64,000 nucleotides of DNA. It comes from Bispira polyomma. Its lineage: Eukaryota. The DNA is taken from assembly GCA_965649765.1 (NCBI GenBank), contig OZ287752.1:26102001-26166000 (forward strand). The letters are read 5' to 3'. Made by a program: the position numbers and the translations under genes. Below, in pieces: positions 37,401 to 47,219 of this stretch (position 1 is its first letter; every line of letters begins with the position of its first letter). The notes below the pieces were generated by a model, which ran no database searches, was not told the origin of the DNA, and saw only the letters and a list, made by a program, of their open reading frames with translations.

Positions 37401-40400
37401 TTGTTTTATTTAACTCGTGTCTACTATGCACTCACTAAATTATTGTCTAAATTTGTTGCCAATGTATAATGTACTCCTACAGATGCTGACTGTTGGCGAA
37501 CTAATACAGATGGCTCTACACATATCTACCGGTATGGCCTTCCTCTCAGACTCCAAGGTTGTACACAAAGACTTGGCAGCCAGAAATTGTGTGTAAGTAA
37601 AGTGGTTTACTGGGATCATGAATTATCAAGTTGGTAATGTTTGTTTTTGGATTTTTGTGGGATCGTCATATTGGCTCAAATTACCACTTAAGATGGATGT
37701 CCTCTGTCATTGCAACCTATCACCAGAGGCAAGCCAAAGAACATTGGAGACATTTATATTTATACATGGTGTCATCATCAAGCCTCTTTCTCTTCAGTTA
37801 GAGGAATGACAGTTACTAGTGCTGCTTCACTGCTTAATTTAGCAGTCAAGAAAAGATTAATCTCTAACATAAATACCCAATAAAGGTAGACAAATATGTT
37901 GAGTATACATTTGAATACAATACAAGATGTAACATTTACAGGGTTGATAAAGACTTAGTGGTCAAAATCAGTGACAGGGCCCTGTCACGTGACCTCTACC
38001 CACAAGCTTACTGGAAAGGTGCAGATATGAAGCGACCAATGCCAATACGGTGGATGTCACTGGAAAACCTAGAAATAGATGTGTTTACCAGTAAGAGTGA
38101 TGTGGTAAGTGGCTGCCATTTTATCGTAGATTCAGATTTGTACCTACTTTTATCTTTAATTTCTAAAGTTAAAGTTTTAATTTATATTCTGCCCCTATGT
38201 TATGGAATAGTCTCCCAGTTGAGATAAGATCCCTAGAAACACATTCTGGGTTTACAAGAAAAGCTAAAAACCCATCTCTTTAATCTCGCCTATTCCCTTT
38301 CATTTCCACATCCTTCCTTATGACATTAGCTGTGTTTTTGGACTTGTCTATTGGCTCACTGATTCTGTTGTTGTGCTTTAGGAAATGCCTTGCATTAATA
38401 AGGCAAGTTAAAATTGCGGATTACAATACAATATTGTGAACCATTTATGTAGCAGTAACTTTGTTCAAATAGATCCTTTATGGTGCTTGTTCTCTGAAAG
38501 ACAGTATAGTATCGCATGAACAAAGCATGGGTTGTCAGTGCAAGAAAATCGTCAAAAAGATCGTGGAAAAGATTGTGGCCTCTGTGGCCTAGCGGTTAGA
38601 TTGTCAGACTTGAGGGATCTGAGGGTCCCAGGTCGATCCTCACCGCAGGCCTGGAAATTGTACCCTCGGACAAAGTGCTTTACACAAAGTTGTCCCTCTC
38701 TGCCCGGGTGTTTAAATGGCTAACTTGCCTCTAATGGGTGTTAGTATTTATGCAGCGTATGTAGCAGCACAGCTAAGTATGCTTCCTGAGGGAGCTGCGA
38801 CTGAAAAATTTGTTAACAAGTGGAAAAACCCAGGCTGGGGGTGTAAATTGTCAAGTCGGATGGGACCTCAATAAAGCTGATATCAGACTATAAAACTAGA
38901 CACATTTACACATTCACAATTGAATTGTGTGGTTGACAGTTAGTCTTCTATCTAGTGTAGTTGAATATTGACTATATTTCAGTGGGCATTTGGAGTGACT
39001 CTGTGGGAGTTACTAACCAGAGGTTGCACACCTTACCCTGACATCAACACTAATGGGGTCAAGAACTTCCTCCTCTGTGGAAACAGAATGGACCGGCCTG
39101 ACTTCTGCCCAGAAGACTTGTAAGTACAGCTGTACTTTAGTTACACAAAGCTTAGGTACATAAATAGTAAATGCCAGTTTTAACAAGAAAAATGTAAATT
39201 AATCTATCCACTTTTATTTGCACAGGTTTTACTCGATATTAAAAGCAAAGATTGTTGATATGTTCATACCTGAAAAAAATGACATTGCTACCCATTCATT
39301 ATCAAATTCTGTTTGAAATCTGTGTCATAACTTTCACAGCTGTTGCCTATTACTAGCTCACCTACCCTTGCTACAAGCTTGTCTTTCTCTCAGTAATCTC
39401 AATATGTTTGATACAATAGGGATTATACTGTATTTTATTTACATGAATTCTAGCATTAGTTCATCAGTATTAACTGTAAATTTAAAATGAGAAATGTAGA
39501 AAACAGTCTGTTTACTTAAAGTGGTTCGTAAAAGGATTTATGAATCATCATAGATCCACATGTAGGGGAATCCTGCAGTTGCTTAGTTGTTAGCAGTTAG
39601 CGTTCCTCTACAAACATTTGCCCTCTCACCCATGTAGATTTGAATCCCATTAGTTCCTTCATGTGGGACAGTTTGTCAGGTACTTTTACCGGTGGTTTTA
39701 CATTGTTTTAGTACTGGTTTTGTCCACCGTTAAATGACATAGGGATGTGTTGAAAGTGACGTAAAACTCATTAGATTCAAAATTATTAAAGAAAACAAAT
39801 GTTGATATGTGGATGAGTAACATTTTTAATAGGTGAGGCTAGCAAGGCTAGTCTAAGGCTAGTCTCACTTATTGATGGGGTGGTGCGGATTTCGTGTTGC
39901 GACAGCATTTACGTGAAATTGGCCCGAAAATTTCACTTTATGCTTACAATGTATTCTTTTATAATTCTAGGGATAATGCAGTCGATTTGTTTTCTTAATA
40001 AAAAATTATAATAATCGTCTAAAAATACTGACCTAGGTTGACATGGGTTTGACCTATATAGTCACAAAGCTCATTTCCTAGGCTTGCTAAAGGCCCATCA
40101 TTTTTCCGTGTTATAAAGGGCCGCATATTGGCGAATAATCAATGTCGATATGTGGATGAGTAACATAATTTTTTTAAATTAAGTGTAATAAGTGTGTAAA
40201 TTTATGAACTATCCAAAGATATATCTGGGAACTTAACCATATGTGGAAGCAATTTACAGGCTGATCTAAAAATTATCACAATTATTCAATATAAGTCACT
40301 ATTTTAACATTGCCACCACATTGCTTAGTGCAGGGGAGATTTACGTATTAGTTTCCATTATATTTATCATGTAGTATAACCAACCTGGCCTCTAATGGGC

Positions 40401-40886
40401 TTTAGTCCTTGTGCGTCGCATGTGGCAGCACGGCTAGTATGCTCTCGAGGGAGCTGAGACTGAACAATTGGTGACCAAGTAAAAGAATCCAGGCTGGGGT
40501 GTAAACTGTACAGCGCCTTGTGAAAAAAAGCGCTTTATAAATTTACATTTACATTTAGTATACGTGCTACAATATTGGCATTTTACTGATCTAAAAATTA
40601 ATTAAAAAAGACAAAACAATTAGACAGGGGCGTGCCTTTATTACAGGAAATATGGTATATGTTTTATTATTTTTTGGTGTTGTTTTTTATCAAAAGGTAC
40701 ACTTTGATGCTGAATTGCTGGCACGAGTCTCCACGGCAACGACAAGGGTTTCACGAGATCACCGACAATATACAGAGATATTTAGACTTACAGAACACTA
40801 AGACTAACCTGAGGAAGAAGTCCAGTCAACAAGTGCCCAGTGCTAGGATAAAAGGCAATAACCACCTGCATCTCTACAACTTCTAA
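12961..40886 (+). CDS. Usherin-ectodomain / IPT / MET-RYK-like (pseudo)kinase receptor, 26 coding exons, 1736 aa
   Basis: join(12961-13496,14676-14826,15263-15383,16497-16560,16922-17083,17994-18126,18531-18718,19967-20176,20518-20734,21542-21668,24073-24157,25162-25304,25651-26312,27388-27533,28327-28509,29166-29286,30546-30866,31601-31768,32475-32946,33983-34117,34754-34837,35536-35717,37483-37592,37942-38104,38983-39119,40697-40886). All introns GT-AG with compatible phases; total 5211 nt; no internal stops seen. Confidence 0.88.
14676..14826 (+). CDS. Receptor exon 2 (LamG-like)
   Basis: tacag|G TVAEITS...QWNHVTLQ|gtaaga. Confidence 0.85.
15263..15383 (+). CDS. Receptor exon 3 (LamG-like)
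   Basis: [12 protein letters not shown]...[10 protein letters not shown]|gtaaaa. Confidence 0.85.
16497..16560 (+). CDS. Receptor exon 4 (end of LamG-like domain), absent from the ORF track
   Basis: [21 protein letters not shown]; acacag| and |gtgagc. Confidence 0.85.
16922..17083 (+). CDS. Receptor exon 5
   Basis: [26 protein letters not shown]...FCVQN, matching the usherin CRCP..HP...C linker. Confidence 0.88.
17086..17450 (+). repeat. ~130-140 bp tandem repeat, about 3 copies, starting at the exon 5 donor
   Basis: GTGTCTG.GA.TTAAGGACTATACCATGA...GAATGTTA...GTAGGA.CACA repeated. Confidence 0.8.
17994..18126 (+). CDS. Receptor exon 6 (laminin N-terminal domain)
   Basis: [19 protein letters not shown]...[10 protein letters not shown]|gtaagt. 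Confidence 0.9.
18531..18718 (+). CDS. Receptor exon 7 (laminin N-terminal domain)
   Basis: [21 protein letters not shown]...[11 protein letters not shown]...DDVTC. Confidence 0.9.
18709..19476 (+). repeat. ~43-44 bp minisatellite (about 17 copies) built from the exon 7 splice donor
   Basis: Unit AGCTTCTAGTAGAGTGAGTATGGCAGTAATCAATGTGAATTGTT. Confidence 0.92.
19967..20176 (+). CDS. Receptor exon 8 (laminin N-terminal domain)
   Basis: FDLLKGRPG...[14 protein letters not shown]...[11 protein letters not shown]. Confidence 0.9.
20518..20734 (+). CDS. Receptor exon 9 (laminin-EGF 1-2)
   Basis: [35 protein letters not shown]. Confidence 0.9.
21321..21498. mobile_element. Tc1/mariner-type MITE
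   Basis: TA|CAGTAGAACC...GGTTCTACTG|TA; relatives at 28906-29096 and 41686-41875. Confidence 0.75.
21542..21668 (+). CDS. Receptor exon 10 (laminin-EGF)
   Basis: [39 protein letters not shown]. Confidence 0.9.
21888..23232 (+). mobile_element. Helentron/HINE-like non-autonomous element with two internal tandem-repeat arrays
   Basis: T-rich start, 5' palindrome ATGTCCACCCC-AGTG-GGGGTGGACAT, GTCC motif, 3' subterminal IR GGGGTGGACAT (23187-23197), terminal CTAG followed by TT; ~140-bp and ~165-bp internal repeats. Confidence 0.75.
23709..24029. mobile_element. MITE with ~23-bp imperfect TIRs
   Basis: AGCCTACGCTTCCTTTCAGCCGA / TCGGCTAAAACGAAGCGTAAGCT. Confidence 0.6.
24073..24157 (+). CDS. 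Receptor exon 11 (laminin-EGF)
   Basis: [20 protein letters not shown]. Confidence 0.9.
25036..25180 (+). repeat. Four tandem copies (39/43/39 bp spacing) of the exon 12 acceptor
   Basis: AG|CTGTAA(A/G)GTT with AG ending at 25040, 25079, 25122 and 25161. Confidence 0.88.
25162..25304 (+). CDS. Receptor exon 12 (laminin-EGF)
   Basis: [25 protein letters not shown]...TGQCLCK. Confidence 0.9.
25651..26312 (+). CDS. Receptor exon 13 (laminin-EGF 4-8, last repeat truncated)
   Basis: [11 protein letters not shown]...GGRQC|gtatgt, phase 0. Confidence 0.92.
27388..27533 (+). CDS. Receptor exon 14 (IPT/TIG 1), absent from the ORF track
   Basis: [28 protein letters not shown]...VTIGDMDC, the canonical IPT P..GP.SGGT.IT..G pattern. 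Confidence 0.9.
28327..28509 (+). CDS. Receptor exon 15 (IPT 1-2)
   Basis: SVTCISS...[19 protein letters not shown]. Confidence 0.9.
28906..29096. mobile_element. Tc1/mariner-type MITE
   Basis: TA|CAGTAGAACCTCTA...TAGAGGTTCTACTG|TA. Confidence 0.75.
29166..29286 (+). CDS. Receptor exon 16 (IPT 2)
   Basis: [19 protein letters not shown]. Confidence 0.9.
30546..30866 (+). CDS. Receptor exon 17 (IPT 2-3, RRKR site)
   Basis: [15 protein letters not shown]...ARRKRQ...IGFRLDGV...VYINPEF. Confidence 0.9.
31601..31768 (+). CDS. Receptor exon 18 (IPT 3)
   Basis: [22 protein letters not shown]...IYCIPP. Confidence 0.9.
32475..32946 (+). CDS. Receptor exon 19 (transmembrane helix and Pro-rich juxtamembrane)
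   Basis: IKVGN...[30 protein letters not shown], basic stop-transfer KHRKNK. Confidence 0.9.
33283..33540 (+). mobile_element. tRNA-derived SINE (family A)
   Basis: A box TGGCCTAGTGG, B box GGTTCGACTCC, shared body TATGTGGGAAAGGTGGTAGTTCC; copies at 36678 and 62606. Confidence 0.85.
33513..33960 (+). repeat. Apparently identical 224-bp tandem duplication
   Basis: 33513-33736 matches 33737-33960 by eye. Confidence 0.9.
33983..34117 (+). CDS. Receptor exon 20 (juxtamembrane and kinase start)
   Basis: STSSYLNP...[11 protein letters not shown]|gtaatg. Confidence 0.82.
34754..34837 (+). CDS. Receptor exon 21 (kinase subdomains I-II)
   Basis: GKVGQIC...PVLVKTLS. Confidence 0.88.
34913..35165. 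mobile_element. piggyBac-like MITE remnant
   Basis: TTAACCCTTTGACCCC terminus and inverted GGGATCAAAAGGG; related pieces near 17500-17770 and 37150-37221. Confidence 0.5.
35536..35717 (+). CDS. Receptor exon 22 (kinase subdomains III-V)
   Basis: [26 protein letters not shown]...PSMENGNLK. Confidence 0.9.
35731..36073 (+). mobile_element. LINE 3'-end fragment with (TAA)n tail, same family as 8117-10037
   Basis: Reverse-complement similarity to 8120-8460 (AAAAGCTTAAAA.CTATCTTTTTAACC); TAA tail; smaller pieces at ~24915-25000 and 38190-38420. Confidence 0.75.
36678..36945 (+). mobile_element. tRNA-derived SINE (family A)
   Basis: GGGGCCGCGGTGGCCTAGTGG...; flanked by the direct repeat CCTATTGATCCCTAGG, a probable TSD. 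Confidence 0.85.
37483..37592 (+). CDS. Receptor exon 23 (catalytic loop)
   Basis: [36 protein letters not shown]. Confidence 0.93.
37942..38104 (+). CDS. Receptor exon 24 (activation segment)
   Basis: [18 protein letters not shown]...PIRWMSLE...FTSKSDV. Confidence 0.93.
38572..38912 (+). mobile_element. tRNA-derived SINE (family B)
   Basis: GTGGCCTAGCGGTTAG...GGTCGATCC head and ACATTT tail; 3' parts recur at ~16220-16450 and ~40378-40556. Confidence 0.7.
38983..39119 (+). CDS. Receptor exon 25 (kinase subdomains IX-X)
   Basis: [21 protein letters not shown]...[14 protein letters not shown]. Confidence 0.93.
40697..40886 (+). CDS. Receptor exon 26 (kinase subdomain XI and tail)
   Basis: [21 protein letters not shown]...HLYNF*. 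Confidence 0.9.
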
Positions 40887-43479
40887 GCCTGGCTATTTAC
40901 TTTAATGACTGTCCCAACATGTTTAGACAAGAGATTGGGTTACTGCTGTAGATGTTACACTAAATTTGTGTAGTCAGAAAAATATATGGGAAACACATTC
41001 AAGAGTCAATTCTGAACGATCAGAAATTCTGATTGCTTTCTGATAGTATGTGTCCTCTTATGTACAGTAATATACCATATTTTGCCTAAAAATGGACATA
41101 TATGTGCAATTAATGATGTGTAAATGTTGGTGTTAAAATTAGGCAAAATAATTGAACATTACAGTACTAAAAACATCTTTTACTAATAATTTCAATTATT
41201 CAGAATTGCCGACTGCCGTTCGAAATGGCTGTGTAAATGATTACACATCTACAGTTTTATGCCTTTAATACATGTAATAGTATTTCACATAAGATTCACA
41301 TCAAATAAAGTAGAATGAATAGTTTAAGTATGATGTGATAGATTTTTAATGCACCAAATTAATGCCAGGCACCTCAAGCGCAACATTATTGGCAAAGTTG
41401 TAAAAATCATTGTTTCCAAAGCAAATTTGTGATTGGGGTGACATGGAGGAGAAAGATGTCTATGGAGGGTAAGCGAGGGTGAAGAGATGGTAAATTACTC
41501 CATAGGGTAGGTGCTAAAGCAGAGAAGGCATATGATCCAATTTGTTTACTGGTTCTGGTATCAGAGACTGAAATTCTGTTTCCCTTGGTAAACCTGTAGG
41601 ATATATGATGTATTATATGTGGTTCATGTTTATATTAAAACTCATTTAAACATTAAAAGTCTGATAACTGTAATAAATACAAGTACAGTAGAACCTCTAT
41701 TATCCGACCCTCTGTTATCCAAATATTAAAATTTATGAACTCATTTTTATTCTCCTAAATTTGTGATTATATTATTATTTTGTACTAAAATACCTCGTTT
41801 TATTTTAATCAACATTCTATTATCTGAACAAAAATCCTACTCTCCCAACATGTTTTGATAATAGAGCTTCCACTGTAGATTTATATACTCTTCAATTCAC
41901 TTTCAAAGCTTCTGCAATAATGTGAAAGGGATTTGAAATAACTGGTAGATTTTACTCAATTTTTAACTTGCTGTTTTTAGGATATTGTTATTTATTGTTG
42001 ATTTTTTGTTAGAGTCACTACAGTGGTTTAGTTTTTGATAATTTTAGTCTGTAGAATTGATTGTTTGAAGTAATTGTTAAATACTGAAAGTTACATTGTT
42101 ACATTGTTTGTGTAAATACAAAATGTTATAACCATTAATGTATATTGTAAAAAAAAACAAGATATACTTCATATATATTGCTATATATAAAAGTAGTTAT
42201 TATATAACTAAACAATTCAAGATAAAGTAAATAATTGTATATCATTGTTCAAATTTTGAATAGACACAAAATAAACAAAATATATATTGCAATATGTTTT
42301 TTTGGGGGGATTTTTTAAATGTAAGTCTAAATCCACATGTATTCTATTTACTTTCTCCTAGTACAAGCTCAAACTCGCCAACTGCCTCTACAATCCTGGA
42401 CCGAATCTTGGCCTCAAGTGGCAAAGTTGGCAGTTATAATCATTGGCAGTGTATAATCATGACCAACTAGTATACACTGGTTTCCTCCAGCACTAAATCT
42501 GCCCGTCACAATATGACCTATACAATGTATTGAAAGCGACATCCCCAAGAATATTTAATCTGCCACTGAAGCTGATAAGTACTTCGTGATAGAGGACCGC
42601 CATTTTAAGTGGTCACCCGAGCCACTAGGCAAACTTGCGTTCACGTCTTGCCTAAGAATGTTGTCCCACCAAATGAAACTAGAGGTCGGTACTAGGAACT
42701 GAACCGGGGACTTAATTATTATCAGGTGAACACCCTAACCACTAGACCACCATAAATATTTCATATATATATAATGATCAATATTGGGAACCGATGAGGT
42801 TTTTATAGAAATCTTAAGAAAAGCAGGCTGTATAATTAGTCTTAATATGTATTTGAGAAGCTGGTACCTCAGAATTGACACATTAAGAAATATAAAGGGT
42901 ATGCTGAATAGATTTTGAAAATCATAAAATTACTTTGTTCATTGTGTTCTTTTTGTATTTTTTTTTCATTTAACTATACATAAAAAAACTAAATTCATAT
43001 ATTGTGATAAACTTGTGATTATTTTATAGTGTACTATGTGCATGTTAATAAATAAATAATACTAACAAACCATGTCTTACAAAATGGCAAACAGATGTAA
43101 TCTTTATTAACAAGGATAAATGTGACCTCTATGCTGACATCATCTGCAGCAATTCAGCTGATTCTAAAGTCGTATGGCGTGAACTAAAACATGTGCTGTC
43201 TAGAAAACCAGAGCTTCCATTACCTGACAGACCACGTGTCCCTTTGGCCACCACGTTTAGTAAGTTTTCAAAACTAAAGATTGTGAAGATTCATTAACAG
43301 TTTTCCTGCATCAAAAGTCTAAACATTCTGTAAGTTTGAATAAGTTACAGAAGATCATGTGAAAAAAATGTAACCCCCCCACCCCCCCAACTAAATTTTG
43401 CCTGCTTGATTCCTGGCCTAATTTGCTTGATTCCTGGCCTAATTTCCTTGTAGTATTAGAATGTACAGACATTCTTCTC

Positions 43480-44170
43480 CATTTAGGAACAAAATAGGGT
43501 AAATCTCTTACTATCTGTGTCTTCGATCCCTCGAGTCTCAACAAAGCTGTTGTAACTGCCCTTATTAAGACGTCTTCATTACCAAGAATGAACTTAAAAA
43601 AATGATTGGCCTGTTTCAGGATCGTGTTTCACCTCTAAATTGATAGAACTGGTAGCCTTGGTAGCCAGGTATGGCAAATGGCATTGAAAACATCTACCAA
43701 TCACCATTCTACAGAAAAGGCCATATTTAATTCAACAAGTGATACTTATACAACTGTATCAAAGGGAGTTTCTAATATAGTTGCACTACTGTACCTGTCA
43801 GCATTTTTTGACACTAATGATCACGATATTCTTAACAACCATCTTCAAACATGATTTAGTCTCGATACTTTGCAAATAGTTTGTACCCTATTTGGCTGGC
43901 AGGTATCAGTCTATTAAAATTAGCAATATTCTTCTGTCAGACCCAGAGTTGCTAAAATTTGGTGTGCCCTAAGGGGACGAATTTTGTTTTCCCTCAGTAA
44001 AATTACATCCTCCAATAGTTCATTAAAGTATCATTTGTATGCTGATGACAGACATGTTTATGTGCATCTTACCCCTGCTACTTCAGCTGGTGTCTTTGTG
44101 AACATTTTATAAAATGCTTGGCAGATGTTCAGAACTGGATGGCCTCAAATAGGCTCAAGTTGAACTCAAT
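43480..44170 (+). mobile_element. Highly degraded LINE RT fragment
   Basis: Remnant DLSA.FDT..H, GVP.G, LYADD, WMASNRLKLN. Confidence 0.75.
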
Positions 44171-44532
44171 ATTACAGCCAGAGTGTCTCGTAGAGCCTTA
44201 ATGTTGTTCTCAGATCAACTGTTAGAAGTGTAAGTGTTTGCTTAATCTTCAGGGCTTCATTCCCTACATGAATGTGGCAATACGTTTCCCTACTTTACCA
44301 TATGGGAATATGGCGTTATTTTCATCATTTTAATCATGATGTGACTACATTTTGAAGAGAGTTTTAAATGTTAGCATGAAAAGGCCTGTTAATTCTATGA
44401 CAGGAACATTCTCAAAAAGTTGTTGTCTAAGTACCCACCAATTCAAAATCAGTTCATTGCAACTTTGAAAGACATAATTCGACAGTTTATTTCAGCTTTC
44501 AATCACTTCCAACATGTTTGGTCATATTGTGA

Positions 44533-44760
44533 GGGGCTGCAGTGACTCAGTGGTTATAAGCATCTCCTTTGAAAAGCACTGACCTCTTACCTCTGGGGAT
44601 CGAATCCCACAGATGTCTTCTTCATGTGAGAAAGTTTGTCAAGTACTTGCTGTAGGTCGGTGGTTTATAGTGACTTTAGCACTGGTTTCCCCCACTACTA
44701 TTCCTGGCTGTCGCAATATGATCATAGCTGTCGAAAGCAATGTAAAACCCAAATAAATAT
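44533..44760 (+). mobile_element. tRNA-derived SINE (related to family A)
   Basis: GGGGCTGCAGTGACTCAGTGG...GGATCGAATCCC...ATGTGAGAAAGTTTGTC; similar copies at ~39565-39780 and ~63672-63910. Confidence 0.7.
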
Positions 44761-46037
44761 ATTCAAACCGATAAAATGGTGACAGCATCTTTTAGTTGAG
44801 GAAAACCTACATGGGAAATAACCCTATGACAATTATCTTTACAAACTTCCTGATAGTGGAATTCAAATACCTTTTCAGCAGAGGCAAATATCAAGTGATG
44901 GCGAAGCAAATTCATCTGTGTAGGAGAATTGTCGAGAATCAGGAGTTACTCTTTAAAATTACTGATTCGAGTCAAATGCGAGGACAATTCATTTGACTAA
45001 ACTACTGATTTGAGTCAATTCTCTAATTTAAACTGCTGAAATCTGTGAGCATACCAACTTGTATTTTTAAGCCATTCCAAGTACTCATACAACCAATATA
45101 GATATAAATACGGGTTATTCGATAGAATGCTATGTCAATATAATTTTATTGAATGATTTTAATGAATAAATGTAATATACATTTGCATGTTACTGGATAT
45201 GATATAACAATCTAAACTTAACTGGATAATATATTGAATAAGGTCATTAATTAAATTACTTAATTAATATAAATACACTGATCTGACAGCACAGAAATGG
45301 AACAACAGTAGAAGCGATACTGGACCCCTCTATACCAATAAAATTGTTCAATATCAAAGTATTTCATTTTCGGAAATCAATTATATGTAAGCTACAAAGA
45401 ATGTTTTACAACCCAAAATGTATTTATGAGAGCTTGGAGAGTGAGAGGGCTAAAGGTGTAGCAATTTTTTTACTTAATAATGGAGATGAAATATTGACCA
45501 GTAAAATAAAGCAGGCCATCGCCCTCAGTATTCGAATATATAGGATCAGGAATAAGTAGCTTTGAGGCAAGGTGGCACAGTAATTGTTAAAACAAAAAGT
45601 TTGGATAATATAAGATCATGAATTAGTTTATAGCTGTAAAGCAATTGGAGCCCAGTAATTTATTTTTAAAAATCACACATTTAAAAAAAATAAAGGATCA
45701 TGAATTGGTTTATAGCTGTGAGGAAAATGAAGCCCAGTAAAAATCACAAATTTTGGAAACTAGTTTTGTTGAATCGTGTACTCATAAACCTTCGACACAA
45801 TGGTTCACAAACAGTACATTCTTTAAAAAGGAACTATTGTTTTAAACAAGAGGTATCGCACAAACATCAGTCCAAAAGCATGTGGGCCACCATGGCCTCC
45901 CTCAAGACAGTGACGTTTTAATCCCTATACCTTATTTGATTTCAAATAAAGTAGTTCATACTGAATGTGACTCTCCTATAAGTTTTTTGTTTTTATGAAG
46001 TTTTTTGTGCACATTTGTTGTACCTTTTTTTTGTATT

Positions 46038-46562
46038 TGTCATGGGAGAAAGTCCAATCTGGTAGAATTTGAATTTCTACCAGTAGAAACTCCAATTGGA
46101 CTTTCCACCAGTGGCAAGTCCAAATATGTTTTTTATAAGAAAAAAAAAGTCAAATTGTATTTTACATTACTGACTCTTTTTATGATAAATAACATCACTT
46201 TGTCAAATATATCTCATATTTTACTGACAAATATATCAGTAATCAGAATAAAAATACTGGAAATCTTGCTGTTTTCCGCAGCGTTAATATGACAAGATAG
46301 TTGATGCAATTGTTGCCAAAATATACTCTGTACAACTATGTAATACAAAACAAATACGCAAACATCAATAATTATTTAAGGTATCTTTTTGTATATAGCA
46401 ATGTACTGCATCTTTTAAAATAATAAAACATAAATCACAGGTTGTGTTTTCTTTTTATTTCTTCAAATTTTCCAAATTGGACTTTCTACCCGTTGAAAGT
46501 CCAATTGGAGTTTCTACCGGTAGAAATTCAAATTCTACCAGATTGGACTTTCTACCATGACA
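46038..46562. mobile_element. MITE with long (~80 bp) TIRs, TGT...ACA termini
   Basis: TGTCATGGGAGAAAGTCCAATCTGGTAGAATTTGAATTTCTACC... / ...GGTAGAAATTCAAATTCTACCAGATTGGACTTTCTACCATGACA. Confidence 0.85.
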
Positions 46563-47219
46563 TATATGTTTAATGAAGCTAAAATGAAATGTTAAAAAGG
46601 AGCAAAAAAAACCAGAAATACGTGACTACAATAGTGATTTAAAATCCATGACAATTGCAAGGTACATTGTGTATCTAATCACGTTTAGACAATATTTGAT
46701 TTGAAGAACAAAAATGTTTTCTCAGATGGCTCTCTGTTGTGTCTTTGTTAAACTAGAGTGTTCATTGGTTCAGTCTGGTTCACCGAAAGTCAAGGCGTTA
46801 TGCATTCTCTAGTCATATATTTTGCTTGTATTTGAATTGTTTTCAGTTGCTTGGCATTACAAGATTCTAAAGTTAGAAGAACTACAACACTGTGGCCAAT
46901 TACACCATCATTATTGTATCACATTGTATTTATAATATTAGACTTTTATTGATTCATTAAGTTAGGTTTAAGGATCTTTCGGACGTTGAGCCAGTGAGTC
47001 CAGTGAAATAAATTTCCAATCTGCATATGCCTGTTGTATAGGTATTTTGAGTGACTTATAAGCCCACCAGAGGGCTGGGTAACATTTGTTTTGCTATTTT
47101 GTATCACCTGTATTAATGTATACTTGTCACTATAGTAAAATAAAATATACATATATATATATATATTATTAATGAAAATAATAACTCCAAAAATGTTTTT
47201 GCTGTTATAATTATTATTA

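Noticed and set aside
27388-40886. Annotating this as a stand-alone MET/HGFR, plexin or RYK gene
   Set aside because: No Sema/PSI or WIF domain, no separate signal peptide, and no plexin GAP domain.
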